Notes: generated by a model not told the origin, from the letters alone. A DNA stretch of 64,000 nt from the human T2T-CHM13v2.0 reference genome, Homo sapiens (GCF_009914755.1 NC_060936.1), one strand, 5' to 3'. Numbered from the stretch's first letter, positions 25,711-52,263 are shown. Numbers and translations are program-made.

Positions 25711-26867
25711 CCTAGGTATTTTATTCTCTTTGAAGCAATTGTGAATGGGAGTTCACTCATGATTTGGCTCTCTGTTTGTCTGTTATTGGTGTATAAGAAT
25801 GCTTGTGATTTTTGTACATTGATTTTGTATCCTGAGACTTTGCTGAAGTTGCTTATCAGCTTGAGGAGATTTTGGGCTGAGACAATGGGGTTTTCTAGGT
25901 ATACAATCATGTCATCTGCCAACAGGGACAATTTGACTTCCTCTTTTCCTAATTGAATACCCTTTATTTCCTTCTCCTGCCTGATTGCCCTGGCCAGAAC
26001 TTCCAGCACTATGTTGAATAGGAGTGGTGAGAGAGGGCATCCCTGTTTTGCGCCCGTTTTCAAAGGGAATGCTTCCAGTTTTTGTGCATTCAGTATGATA
26101 TTGGCTGTGGGTTTGTCATAGATAGCTCTTATTATTTTGAGATACGTCCCATCAATACCTAATTTATTGAGAATTTTTAGCATGAAGGGTTGCTGAATTT
26201 TGTCAAAGGCCTTTTCTGCATCTATTGAGATAATCATGTGATTTTTGTCTTTGGTTCTGTTTATATGCTGGATTACATTTGAAGTCAGTGTGGCGATTCC
26301 TCAGGGATCTAGAACTAGAAATACCATTTGACCCAGCCATCCCATTACTGGGTATATACCCAAAGGATTATAAATCATGCTGCTATAAAGACACATGCAC
26401 ATGTATGTTTATTGCGGCACTATTCACAGTAGCAAAGACTTGAAACCAACCTAAATGTCCAACAACGATAGACTGCATTCAGAAAATGTGGCACATATAC
26501 ACCATGGAATACTACGCAGCCATAAAAACTGATGAGTTCATGTTCTTTGTAGGGACATGGATGAAACTGGAAACCATCATTCTCAGCAAACTATCGCAAG
26601 GACAAAAAACCAAACACCGCATGTTCTCACTCATAGGTGGGAATTGAACGATGAGAAAACATGGACACAGGAAGGGGAACATCACACACTGGGGACTGTT
26701 GTGGGGTGGGGGGAATGGGGAGGGATAGCATTAGGAGATATATCTAATGCTAAATGACGAGTTAATGGGTGCAGCACACCAACATGGCACATGTATACAT
26801 ATGCAACAAACTTGCACGTTGTGCACACGTACCCTAAAACTTAAAGTATAATAATAATAAAATTTTT
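25711..26867 (+). mobile_element. 5'-inverted, truncated L1PA: inverted ORF2 RT fragment 25711-26280 plus sense 3' end 26281-26867
   Basis: Minus [17 protein letters not shown]...[10 protein letters not shown]...LADDMIVYL is L1 RT. Plus strand has the L1PA 3'UTR ending ccctaaaacttaaagtataataat. TSD aaaaa(c/t)catcct. Confidence 0.95.
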
Positions 26868-26895
26868 AAAAAATCATCCTTGGGTAGGCCTACCC

Positions 26896-27155
26896 GAAAC
26901 AAATTAACACAGGAACAGAAAACCAAATACCACATATACTCATTCATAAGTGGAAGCTAAACCATGGGTACTCATGGACATAAAAAGATGGCAACAACAG
27001 ACAGTGGGGACTACTGGAAGGGGGAAGGTGACAAGGGTTGAAAAACTGTTAGGTACTGTGCTTACTATCTGAGTGACATTCACACCCCAAACCTCAGCAT
27101 CACGCAATAGAGCCCAGTAACAAACCTGCACATGTACTCCCTGAATCTAATATAA
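26896..27155 (+). mobile_element. Older L1 (L1PA16/L1PB-like) 3' end
   Basis: caggaacagaaaaccaaatac...agtaacaaacctgcacatgtactccctgaatcta. Confidence 0.8.
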
Positions 27156-28059
27156 TCATTCCTTCAAAAAATCATCCTGAGAGCCTATCTTGGCCACCCT
27201 CTGGATTTCAACATACTTTTTGTGCAGCTTAATTATATCTGGCATAGCTTCATGCCCTCTCTACAATTTCCCAATCCTAGGATTCATGTGCTGCCAAAGC
27301 ATAATAATCTTGTAGTGAATACATATTCTCCTTTAAGCACTGAAACCTAAGAAAGCTTTGAGCTTTTTTATGGGGGCAGAGGGGTGGTTGTTGATGTGAA
27401 CTGTTTAAGACCTTTCCTGTGTTCATCATAACTACAGATCAAAAAAGTTTTCATTCTTAGCATATCCAATTAGACTTCATTCCTAAAGATTAAAGAACAA
27501 ATGAGGGAACAAGTTTATCATTAGGTGCTTATCACTGTGCACCTATTATAGGCCAGGCCCTCTATGATCCTCATTTTGCTCTTACTACAGCTGTGTTTGG
27601 TATTATTTCCTCCACTTACAAAGGAAATGAGCTCAGAGAAAAATTATCAAAGATCATAAAGCCAGTAAGTAGCAAAACCAGGATTTAAATTCAAGTCTCC
27701 TGACTCTAATTCCATTGTTTATTCATCTATGCCCTGGTGATATTAACTAATAAGCTCACGTGCCAAACATAACCCTTACCCCCATCCACTACATACTTAT
27801 TTCTGAATAGAAAATAAAAGTCACACACAATTAAATGACAAGAAAAAAGCCCCACAATCTTAGTATGCTACGATTCTCAAAAAGGACTTCACGATTCTAG
27901 CCACACGATTTCTCAAGCATCAAGGGACTACTTAGAACACTTAGTAGGGCCTTGTACGTAGGTGCTCAATGAAAGGTTGTTTTAAAAGTCTCACAGTATT
28001 ACCCCACAGATTATTTTGTTCATTTACAAAAGAAAAGATATACACTTTAAAATGGAAAA

Positions 28060-28930
28060 AGATCTGGCGATCTTAACCCAGCGATTAATCTTAGCATCAC
28101 CAACAGTGGGACAACCTGACATTGTGTGCTTCTTGACATGATGCAGTAACAGAGGCACCACACAATCTATGCTATATCCTTGCCAAAAGTAAAATCCACA
28201 TCTACTAAGAAAACAACCAAACCTGGACAACATAGTGAGACCCCATCCCTACCAAAAAAGAAGATAGCCAGGCATGGTGGCACAGGCCTGTAGTCCCAGA
28301 TACTCAGGAGGCTGAGGCAAGAGAATTGCTTGAGCCCAGGCATTCAGGGTTACAGTAAGCTATAATCATGCCACTGCACTCCAGCCTGGGAAAAGAGGGA
28401 TATTCTGTCTCAAAATAAAAAATAATAATAATAAAACATAGCCAGAAAAATCCAGGATAGGGGATATTTTACAAGACAATTGGCTTAGACACTTCAAAAT
28501 GTTCATTGCCATGGGCAGAAAAAGCAGAGGACTATTCTAGATTAAAAGAGGAAAGATATAACCAAAAGTATGCCTGAACCTTGGACTAGACCCCGGATGA
28601 GGAGAAAATGTTTTAAAAGACACTTTGGGATGATAGGGACAATTTATTCCATACAGATCTATCATATTGGATATTGAGTTATTCTTAATCAGCTCAGATA
28701 TGGCAATGACATTATGGCTAGGGAGGAGAATATTCTTATTCCTAGATGAATGTGTATTTAGGGGTGAAGTATCATGGTGTTACAATTTACTTTCAAATGA
28801 TTCAGCAAAAGAAATTAGATAAAGCACATATGGTAAAATGTTGCATTTGTGGATCTAGGTGAAAGTTATACTATTATACTATTCTTTCAACTTTTCTGTG
28901 TACTTAAAATTTCTTCAAAGTATTTTTTAA
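28060..28930 (+). mobile_element. L1MC/ME-like 3' fragment with a nested Alu (~28221-28430)
   Basis: gggacaacctgacattgtgtgc, ttctagattaaaagag, ggatctaggtgaaag...ttctttcaacttttctg. Confidence 0.55.
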
Positions 28931-29329
28931 CATTCTTGAATAAAATTCAAGACAGTTGGGATAAATTCAACTCTTCTAAGAATATGATTTCTGAAAATAC
29001 CAGGTTGTAAGCAATCAATCAATATAAATATTTATTGTGACCCTGCTATTAATATATCCTAATCAACCCCTCTGGGAGCTGTAGTGGTGACTAAACAGTG
29101 CTTCATGCTCTCTTGGAACCCATGTAGCATGTTATTTTGTACGTGTGTGTGTTGGAAGAAAGAGGAATTATTCTGGAATGCTTCCCCAAGTAATGCCTCA
29201 GCTTAAACCTGAAGGATAAATAAGTAGGTGTTGCCTAGTTATAGGATGGTAGGGAAACGGGTCAGAGAAAACAAACAGGTGTGAAGGCACTAATGATGGA
29301 GTTGGCCAATCTGGAGAGTGAGAATATTT

Positions 29330-29588
29330 ACTCCTACTGCTTCCTCCAGGCCCCCACTCTTTTTAGATAGCCTGTTGGTCTCCTGGTTCCATTAACCAAC
29401 TCCCTCTATTCAATCTTCAGACCCAGGAGTAGTAGTAACAGGACTCCAATGTTACTAGTCCCAAGAACTAAACTCACCCTGAGGTTTCCCTATACCCTAC
29501 ATACAACTTTGTAAAGGTCCTTTTATTAAACTTTCCTCAAATTATCCAATTTCAGTAAGCCATCTATTTCCTGCCAGCAGGACTGATA
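29330..29588 (+). mobile_element. LTR33-like ERVL LTR fragment
   Basis: 3' end tattaaactttcctcaaattatccaattt...gccatctatttcctgccagcaggactgata. Confidence 0.5.
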
Positions 29589-29932
29589 AAAATCTCTAGA
29601 GACAGATATGGGAGATGTCTGCATATTTCATATGGTATCTGGGACCATGGAATGGAGATAATCTAGGAAGAAGGCTGAAGATGAAGCCTGGGCCAGTGAG
29701 CATCTGAGGTCCAAGGAAAACCTAGAAAGTGTGTTTTCAACCAAGAGTATTTCAAGAAAGAAACTGTCAATCGTATTAAGTACTGTGGAGAGGCTGGGTA
29801 AATAAGATAAAGGCTTTGGAATGTCTCATGAAGAAGCCATCAGTGACAGATCAACATTGAAGAGATTTGTAAAGTTAATTGGAGGCCAAGTATACACTTA
29901 CTTGAGGGGAAAAAAAAAAAAAAAAACAGTAT

Positions 29933-31943
<2,011 letters not shown>

Positions 31944-32149
31944 GGGTTTTTCATATTGTGAGAGCCATTTTTCTTTTTACTTGCTACACAAAGCATTTGC
32001 ATTGTAGGGCGAGACGACCAATTTAAAGAGATTCAGTTAAAAAAAAAAAAAGCTGTGACAAACTCTAGGTGCCTTCCCATTAGCCCCACCCGCACCTCTT
32101 GGTATCCAATCCTTCGTATGAGCCTCTCCCCTTGGATATGGGCAGGACC

Positions 32150-32515
32150 TGAAAAGACCCCTCTTGCTGGCAGCTTGGCTCTCGACACTTGCTGGTAGTG
32201 ACAGTAATCATGTCAGTGGTCCAGTCAGCAGCCAGGCCATGCAGGGAGCACCCAGCTGGCAAGGAACTAAGCGGGGGCCTCCAGCTGACAACCAGTGAGA
32301 GGTCTGGACACTCAGTCCTGCAGTGGCAAGAACTGAATTCTGCCAGCCGAGTGAGGCTGAAATGAGTTCTTCCCAAATCACCAGGTGAGAATGCAGATGA
32401 GACCATGAGCTTTCTAAAGGACCTATCTAAACCATGCTCAGACAGAAACTGAGACGCATTTGTTTTAAGCCACTAAATCTATGGTAATTTAGGACATAGC
32501 AATAGATAATACTGG
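32150..32515 (+). mobile_element. MLT1-family LTR 3' part
   Basis: caagaactgaattctgccagc...gttttaagccactaaatctatggtaattt...agcaatagataat. Confidence 0.65.
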
Positions 32516-33089
32516 TACTATCAACTTCCTTAGTTACCTTGTTAATTTCATAGTAACTGTATTAGGTGGCATCCAGACTATCCCAAATTTAAATACTAAC
32601 AGTAGTATAAAAAGTCTGGCCCTTTATTACCTTTCCCAGGTAATAAAACAACTGGTTTCTAAAAGTTTGATATGGATTACACCTCTTAGGATTCCTCATA
32701 ATCCTGTGAAGTAGATATTCCCATTAATTATTTAACTCAAATGACTAACAAGGGGCAGAGCTAGGAACTTGAGAACCAGCATCCAACCCCTGATGCCACC
32801 ACCCTTCCAACTTTTATAGTTTCCCTAAAGTCTCAATGATGCTTCCCACTATGCCCATAGATAGTAATAAAACCACAGACAGTAAAAAGTACTGGGAACA
32901 TTTTGTTCTTCCTTTTAAATCCATCTTATCCACTAGATTAATAATTGTGCACATCAGTTAAAATGTCTTTTATTCCAAAGTCTATGTCTCAGTGAAGAGG
33001 AATTTATTCCCTTCATGGCTTGTTATTAATACTAAGCACTTAAACTGAGTATATGTGAAAGCCAAAAACATTATTCTTACTGAAGACCT

Positions 33090-33119
33090 GTCAAACAAAG
33101 CCACAAAACAGCTCCTTTT

Positions 33120-33144
<25 letters not shown>
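33090..33144 (-). terminator. SINHCAF: SINHCAF distal polyadenylation region
   Basis: Minus-strand AATAAA at 33144-33139 and 33122-33117, followed by a GU-rich gctgttttgtggctttgtttgac (33112-33090). Confidence 0.65.
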
Positions 33145-35243
<2,099 letters not shown>

Positions 35244-35403
35244 TCACCACTCCTGAGTGGAGATGGGCAGAGGCTCTGGCCCCTGCTCCTCTGGCTTCTC
35301 AGCAGCTGCTTTCTTATTGCTGCAGCAAGGCTTGAAGAGATGTGTGTCAATGAGGACTTCCCCAAAACGGCCTTTATAGATGATCCCACAACATATCTTC
35401 TGT
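35244..35403 (-). CDS. SINHCAF: SINHCAF last coding exon (160 nt): QKICCGIIYKGRFGEVLIDTHLFKPCCSNKKAAAEKPEEQGPEPLPISTQEW*
   Basis: Acceptor ttttag at 35404-35409; phase fits the upstream exon; conserved GRFGEVLID motif; TGA stop. Confidence 0.96.
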
Positions 35404-35797
35404 CTAAAAGAAAAAATGGAGAACAAGATACATTAATAAGGAAGAAAAATAGGAATACAAAAGAAATCTACTCACTATTATAACTAGTCCAATATAACCA
35501 AAGAGTTGTGCTTCTACAATCTTGCACATTCCAAGTGAAAGGGCTCCTAGAGTAACCCCAATTAGCTAGAGAAGGGGAATTACCCAGTTGCCTTAAAGGC
35601 CACACTGGAATCTTCTCAAATATTGAGGAAGACGGCATTTTGAAAGACAGCAGTCAGTTTCAAAGGCTGCCCCTGATGTTGTTAACTATTTCCTCCAAAA
35701 TCACCAACTCTTGAAAAAAAAATCAGCCACCATAAACAGGCTGATGCAGCTAGCAATTTTTTATATATATTTAATTTTTTTTCTTTATCAACTCCTA

Positions 35798-39612
<3,815 letters not shown>

Positions 39613-40163
39613 GAATCAATTTATTATGAGATTATCTCCGTTTTTCACTTTTTCTTGAGACAGCTTTAGCAACATGTCTTTTTTCTAGTACTGTACCTGC
39701 TTCACCTGTATGTTCAAATTTATTGGCATCAAGTTGTCTATAATATCCTATTATTTTTTAAATGTCTGCTTTATCTATACCTAAGTCTCTTTTCTCTTTC
39801 CTAAAATTGCTTATGTGTATTATCTCCTTTTCCTGATCCACTTTATCTCTAGTATATTTTTGGTCACGTCTTTTTGAAGGACCAACTCTTAGTTTTACTG
39901 ATTCTCTCCACTGCATATTGTCTTTCTACTCCACTTATCTAGCAATAGGCAATGTAGGTACCTTGATGTGATTTTTATTTTAAATAAATTTTAATAGGAA
40001 GAACATACAAAAATCCCACTTCCCTGCTCAATTCCTGCTTAATCCACTGCAATCGTGTGTTACCAACTGTTTGCCAAATGCCATTTAATTGCTAAGGAAG
40101 TAGAAAAATACTGCCCATAATTAAGATGGTTTGCTGGTTAGAGAGATACTTTGTTTCTTTTAC

Positions 40164-40314
40164 CTTTTCCAGTAAGTGAGATCTAAAAAGGAAAAAACTG
40201 GTGTTCTGTTAGAACCAGAAGCCATCTCTGTATCTGAGCCGTCATCTGACTGGTTACTGTAACAAGGAGATTGAGCTGGGGAGGCACTTGAGGTGGTACT
40301 GTGAGCATCAGAAT
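40164..40314 (-). CDS. SINHCAF: SINHCAF coding exon (151 nt): SDAHSTTSSASPAQSPCYSNQSDDGSDTEMASGSNRTPVFSFLDLTYWK
   Basis: ttgcag acceptor and gtaaaa donor; phases 1 and 2 fit the neighbouring exons. Confidence 0.96.
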
Positions 40315-40479
40315 CTGCAATAAAGATTAAGAGAAAAAATAAAATTTTCAATTTCATTACATGTAATTGCAACTAAACCTCAGCATAAGACACTGTGAAA
40401 GAGTTGGTAAAAAAGAAAAAGTAAAAAATAATTCATTTTCTATGCACTACTGATATTTGAAGATATTCAGACTAACGTG

Positions 40480-41975
40480 TTTTTTAAAGAAGTGAAGAAG
40501 ATGGAATAGACATACTTCCTATTCCTCCTGCTTATACAACTAAAATCCCTGGATATTATATATAAAACAAACCTGAGACTCCAAAAGGTGATGATCATCT
40601 AGGGAGCTCAAGACCCAAGGCAAGCCATGGTGGTAGGTTCCTTAGTTTTTCTGGATTTTCCTTTTGCCTCATAATCCCCAGCTTTGGAAGTGAAACAGCA
40701 GCCACCCAGAAATGCCAATGTGTACAGACAATCAAAACAACAACAACAAAACAAAAATCCAAAACCCCAATTAAAACCTGATCTCTCTAGCAAAGAACTA
40801 GGAAAAGGGCAGCCTAGCCAGACAGAAAACATTTCTGAACACTAACCTTCCTGTTCCAGCCAAACCCACGGAAAAAACTGTGGACACCTTTCCTAACCCC
40901 AGCAGAGGCTGAGGTGAAGAGCCTACATTTCCACCCTCACAAGACTTAGGAAGCACCCCAACACCTATACCAGGGTGGTGTCAGAGGAAGCCTAGCGAAG
41001 TCAGGATTTTCATTATGGCCCACTAAGTACAAGGCCACCCTCACCAGGTGGTAGCCTGAACTCTCTCCTGACATCCAGTAGTAACAAGGAGCCTCCCCCT
41101 CCCCCCAACCTCAGATGTCAATGGAGGTTGAGAGAGAAACTGGAATTCTAACACCTGGCGGTAAGTAATAGGGTGGTGAGGCCCCTCCCTCTTTCCCTGC
41201 CCTGAGGGGTGTCAAAAAAGCCAGTTAAAATAGAAGGGTTAAATAAGACCCAGAGTCTCACAACATAATCTGAAAATGTCCAGGTTTCAATAAAAAATTA
41301 CATCAGTCCAAGAATCAGGAAGATCTCAAACTAAATGAAAAGGCCAACACTAAGATGACAAAGACATTAGAATTATCTGACCAAGATTTTAAAGCAGCCA
41401 CGACAAAAATGCTTCAGTGAGCAATTATGAACATGTTTGAAATAAATGAAAACATAGGCTTGGCAAAGAAATAGGAAGCCTCAGTAAAAATAAGATAGAA
41501 AACTATAAGGAAAAAATAAATGGAAAATTTGTAACTGAAAAAAATACAATAAAGAAAATAAAAACCACAGTGGATGGGCTGAGCAACATGGAGGGGAGAG
41601 AGAAAACAAACAGTGAACTGGAAGAAAGAACAACAGAAATTGCCCCATATGAACGACACAGAAAACAAATGAACAGAGCAGGAGAAACCTGTGGAGCTTA
41701 GTCAAACATACATCTACATTCATGTCATTGCAGTCCTGGAGGGAGAGGAAAAAGAGAATAGAGGTGAAAAAGTACTCAAATATAGTGGCTGAAAACTTGT
41801 GAAATTTGGCGAGACATAAACCTAAGACTCAAGAAGCTAACCAAAGCCCAACAGAATAAACCCAAAGAAATCCATGCCAAAACACGTCATAATTAAGCCT
41901 CTATAAACTAAACCAAGAGAAAAATCTTGAAAGCAGCCAAAGAATAATGACATTATACCTATAAAGAGAAAACAA
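40480..41975 (+). mobile_element. Old L1M 5'UTR/ORF1 fragment
   Basis: agacattagaattatctgaccaagattttaaagcagc, gaataaacccaaagaaatccatgccaaaacac and aaaatcttgaaagcagccaaag are decayed ORF1. Confidence 0.75.
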
Positions 41976-42318
41976 AAGATCCTGATTTAATAAGGAATAA
42001 AGGCAGTTCATTAGATGCAGAGCTAACCCTGATTTAATACTTTGCCTGTTTATGTGAAGATGTCAGATAAATGTACAAGCCAGAAAATAAGTTTCTTAGT
42101 TAACAGTCATTGTGCTATAAGGCTGTTGTACTGCCACGTCACAGCAAGAGCAGTATCATAAACCTCATAAACACAGGTGGGGCCTACCATACACCTTGCC
42201 CATCCCAGGACACGTTGACAGAGCAATCCTTCCATTCAGATAACCAATCAAGTACTTATTAAATATTTATAAGGCATCAAATCCTATGTTACATGCTGCA
42301 TGGAAAGAAACAGACTAA

Positions 42319-45079
<2,761 letters not shown>

Positions 45080-46334
45080 TTAAATCTTTAGGGAGATGGG
45101 GGGTTGAGAGCTGGTTAGGAAAGGTAAGTGTATAATTAAAATACATATACAAATTTATATTTCCTAAATATTTTACATCTCTACCACTTATTAAGTGGCC
45201 CAGATCAAGTTTAAATCACCTCTTTGTGCCTCCTATTCTGAGCTCTAAGATGGAAATAACTGAGATTACATATGTAAAGTGCTTAGTATACCAAAATGCT
45301 CAAAAAATGTTGAGTTCTCCTGCACTCCTCACTTTACCGTCACTAAACTTAGATGTCTTTTTCCATTATTCTAAAACAAGCATGATAACCATGTCTTGAT
45401 TGATAATGTTCTCTCTAACAGGGCCCTATAGATTTTTTAAAAGTACTGAGAGCTCCAATAGAGATCCACAACCCCTAGCCGCAATTCTGAGAAAGCTCTG
45501 GAAACAGAAAGTATATTCCTAACCTATTTGGCCACAAAATCTGGCATGACCTAAACTATGACTATAAGCAGACAAACCTGACTAGCCTATGTACCATCTA
45601 TTTATTCCACTAAATGTGAATACTGCTACTTTTTGCTGTAAAAATACTAATGTGTTTGGTTCAATAATGCTCCTTCAAACCCCAAGGGTAATAGAGATAT
45701 TTATTAGACAATAACATTATATGCAGTGTATTTCCTTTTCAAAATCTAAAATCTCAATTCCAAAATACAGATGTGCCATTACAGCAACCCCCCAAAACTT
45801 CCAATAATAGCATGTGACCTGACATTAATTAATTAGACATTCCTTTCTCATTCTATCACACAACACACACTGCCCCTTAAACCTGAAAGCAAGCCCTGAG
45901 GTTGGCTGAATTTCAATATGTGCGTTATGATTTCTAAAGTTACTTTCCAGAAAATCTGGACTTTGGTCTCAGATTGTCCCCTTTACGTACCTTCTTGCAC
46001 ATCTGCAGGACTCAATTTCCTTATGGATAAAAATCAAGTAAATGAGCTAGAAATGCACCTTCTAGAAAATTAAGATGTCAATAAAGACATCAGGGTGGTC
46101 TCAGTACAATCTGAAGTGGTTAGCTAGTAGAAATACTCTCTTGAGACATCAAAATCAGAAAAAGTGCCAACATTTCACAGAAATAAGATAACATCTCTAC
46201 CAAGTCAACGTTGCCTTCCAGTGCTCTTTATAAAAAGCAATAAAGGAAAAAATGATCCACACATGCCATACACCACCCCCAGCCAAAAATAACAAAACAA
46301 TTATTAAGTACTAATGTTGTAATATCAAACTTAC

Positions 46335-46461
46335 TATGACGTTTAAATTCCTTCTGCAGTTTACTGATCTGGTTGCTTTTTATCCTGTTCCCAGATAGAG
46401 TTTTCACTTTCTTTGGTTTCAATGTAGTCTTTAGACTGGGTCCAGCCCTTGCATCTACCAC
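46335..46461 (-). CDS. SINHCAF: SINHCAF coding exon (127 nt): VVDARAGPSLKTTLKPKKVKTLSGNRIKSNQISKLQKEFKRH
   Basis: ttccag acceptor and gtaagt donor; phase 0 to 1. Confidence 0.96.
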
Positions 46462-47763
46462 CTGGAAGAAAATACTGAATATTTAATAATATTTTTAAAA
46501 TGACACCAGTGTATCCCTTTGGTTCAGATCCGTGCCTATTTGAGAACCACAGTTTTATACTGAAAAGAGGATGAAGCTCCATGTGCACCTTTAATCATCA
46601 CATGACATAAGGGAATAAATAATATTTATCTACTGGGGTTTTTAAAGATATTCTTTCCTGTGAAGTGGGTAATAGTGGGAGTCTATTGGAAAAAAATTTA
46701 AATAGATTTGTATATGGGATAATCATTACTGGATGACCCAGCTAGGTTAAGAATCAAACCTAAAAACAACTCCATTTCTACAGGATAATGTTTTGCAGTT
46801 TACGAAAAGCTTTCATATACTTTTTATATTTAGTACAAAGCAAAAAATAGAGCTACTTTTGTTACTCCAATTTTAGACAGAAGGAAAACAAGGCAAAGAT
46901 AAATTATGCATTTTGCCTTATTTCACCAAGCGAGTAAATGGGTAAGAGGGGTGGAGAGGGGAGAAGATTGGAATCAAGGTCTTCAGGCCTATTCTTTATG
47001 CTTTTTTCACTTTACACCTTAATCTCTGAGGTGAGTTACACGACAGCAATAGCATGTTCTCCCACAGTCTAGCCCAGCCATTGATCTCGCCCCATATGGT
47101 CCTGTTTCTTAGGTATTCATTCACATTTATTAGCTGCAGATTTCTACCCCATGTAAAAAGGAAGGTTGTTATCATCTTCAAAATCATGACCTATTATAAT
47201 AACATAACACTGTCATCAAAGGACAATGTAAGGCTAGTGTGAACGATAACTGTGTTATACTTTCTATACACCATCTCATCCAGTTCTCACAATAGCTCTG
47301 TAAGAGAGCTATTATCTTTGCACTTCATGAATAAATATAACCTGCCCAAAATCCACAACTAGTAAGTGGTAAAGGCAAAATTCAAATTCAAGTCTGATCT
47401 ACATGTTCATTAGTACCAACCTGAGTTCAAAGGATCATGTTATCCAAAGAGATTTAAGAAAAAGAATTCATGTCTAATTAACTCTGGGAATTACTGAGTT
47501 AAGCCTAAAAACAGGTGAATGCTTACTGTGAATCTCCAGAAGGGGGATATTGGATACAGCCTTAAGGAAATGCCACACCAGGCTATTCTGTTCTAAAGAT
47601 GCCAAAATGTTAGGCCATTATATCTGAACAGCAGCTAGTGTTTTTCTTTATTCTTTTCAGACTTTTCTACCCTAGGGATATATTACTTCCTAAATTAGGG
47701 GGAAATTAATGTTACTTTAAATACAGTAGAGGTATAATTGAGAAAAAAGAAAGATGGACTAAC

Positions 47764-47863
47764 ATGATTCCAGTTTTTTTTTGATCCTGCTGGCAACTTC
47801 TTCCATCTTTTCACAAGCAGGACACAGGCATTGCAGATGTCTCCTGAACGAGTCTCATGCAAT
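47764..47863 (-). CDS. SINHCAF: SINHCAF coding exon (100 nt): LHETRSGDICNACVLLVKRWKKLPAGSKKNWNH
   Basis: Absent from the ORF track; translated by hand. ttatcag acceptor, gttagt donor; carries the CNAC half of the zinc-finger-like FAM60A domain. Confidence 0.96.
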
Positions 47864-48117
47864 CTGATAAGAAAACAATCAAACCTTTATCAGTCTCCCT
47901 TACCTTAAAGAATTCATGCAAGCACATTTCTTTTGGGGAAAAAACTGTATCTATGTATGGTTTATAGATACAATTTAATCATCCTGGATGATCCCATTCC
48001 ATTGTTTCTATAGAATATTTCAGAAATAAAATTATCTTCTAGATTCAACAAACCAATTCTATGTACGGCAATTTGGTTATTTTGAAATAAGAAATGCTTT
48101 TAAAATTAAATAGGCCA

Positions 48118-50302
<2,185 letters not shown>

Positions 50303-50606
50303 AAGGGTAATTTTTTTAAAAGCCTTTTTAAAAATTAACCACAAAAGGAAGTCAACAACAAAAGGGTTTGTCTAGCTACAACTTTAAGGGGCTTCACGAT
50401 TAATGTGGTAGCTCCTCATAATCTGGAAAAAAGTAGGCTGTCAGCATTGTTTGATTCATTTAAAAAGCAGGAGACTTACACAGCCTAAATTAGAATAAGT
50501 GATTTTTATTATTAGCACATTGTTCCAATCACCTTGCTTACAAATATTTCTGTATGCTGTGGTATTTTTTCACTCTAAGAATAGTACAAACATCAGGTGA
50601 TCTTAC

Positions 50607-50734
50607 CCAAAACAGCTCTGGAAGTCCTTTTCATAGCGTTTACTGTCAGTGAATCGAGAACTGGAGGACTTAGCTCTGCAAATACAGCAGCCCTCTATAC
50701 TTCGGTACATCTTTGGCTTGTGAAAACCAAACAT
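50607..50734 (-). CDS. SINHCAF: SINHCAF first coding exon (128 coding nt; exon starts at 50754): MFGFHKPKMYRSIEGCCICRAKSSSSRFTDSKRYEKDFQSCF
   Basis: Recognisable FAM60A N-terminus; ttacag acceptor 20 nt before the ATG; gtaaga donor; all five exons total 666 nt. Confidence 0.97.
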
Positions 50735-51806
50735 CTTTTCTTCTGGGCAATAGTCTGTAAAGCCAAGGGAATTGACATATCTTTGTTGAGGGCTGTAACA
50801 AGGAACCATTAAAGAGTTCTCTCTGCTCCACCCCACCCCCAAGCAACTTGGTGTTATATGACCAAGACAGGCAGGCAGCTCAAGGGAAGACCTCCTGGAT
50901 CGACCTCCATTCTTGGCACTATCAAGGCAAGCGTATAAAACACAAAGAAAAGCCTAGTTATTTAAGGAGGACTCTACTACCTCCTAACTCGCCTAACAAA
51001 CATGCAATCTAAAAATGGGGAAGAGAAGCATTTTTTAAAATCAGGTTTTGAAGTAAGAAATGCCACAAACAATCCTGTAAAATAATGAAGCTGTACACAA
51101 TTAAGGATGCATCCTTAAATTTAAGACACACCTTTTTATTTTGCACATTTGCATTAACGTGATTCCCCTCTGGGGAAGTTTTGAGCATTTACCATGAATA
51201 CTATTTGATACTAAGCACACAACTAGCTCACTATGCATCAGCCCATACTACTTTGCCTAATGGGAATTCAGAGGGGATTTCTTCTGTGATAAATGGGAAG
51301 TTCTAAGCAGTCAAGTTTGCCCCTGAATTGAAACTGCTGAAGGGAAGATGTAAAATTCACAAAAATCCAAGGTTAGAATTTAATAATAATAATTCCTTAT
51401 TATCATTAAGACAAAAAAAGAACGAGCTCATGTTGTCTGACCGCTGATCTGCCCCTTAGTTGTTAGAGGTTTGTGGACCTCTTCTACAAGGCTTTGTGCC
51501 TGAGAGTAGTAACAGTGGGAGGCAAATGTCCCAGAGACGTAGAGTGAAATAAATTGCAGTCCTCCTGTTAAAAAAAAAAAAAATCTCAACGTCAAGGAAG
51601 GAATGAAAACAGCTCTGGGGCTGGATGCAAATATGTAGCTGGCAGTAAATCTGTACCTTAGGAAAAGTAATTTGGAATATCCAAATCAAGGGCCAGCTCA
51701 CCAAAACAACCGGACTAAGAGAGGTGATGAAAAGGCAATGAATATAGAAACTAAACTCCAATGGACAAGTCAGAGGATGTGTGTATGTATGAGGGTCTAA
51801 CTATAA

Positions 51807-52145
<339 letters not shown>

Positions 52146-52263
52146 AAGAAAATTATTAATATCACTTTCGTGTCCATAGTTTTAGGAGTTATTACCACAG
52201 AACACTATCTTTTTAAAGTTGTTTTAGAAATAAACTTAGATGAGTAAACCTAAAGCTTCAGTA

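Noticed and set aside
25641-26237. 198-aa reverse transcriptase ORF as a possible novel RT system
   Set aside because: Ordinary L1 ORF2 fragment, inverted and truncated, with FADD changed to LADD.
50755-50842. In-frame N-terminal extension of SINHCAF in the ORF track
   Set aside because: Lies upstream of a good ttacag acceptor at 50755-50760, so it is intronic.
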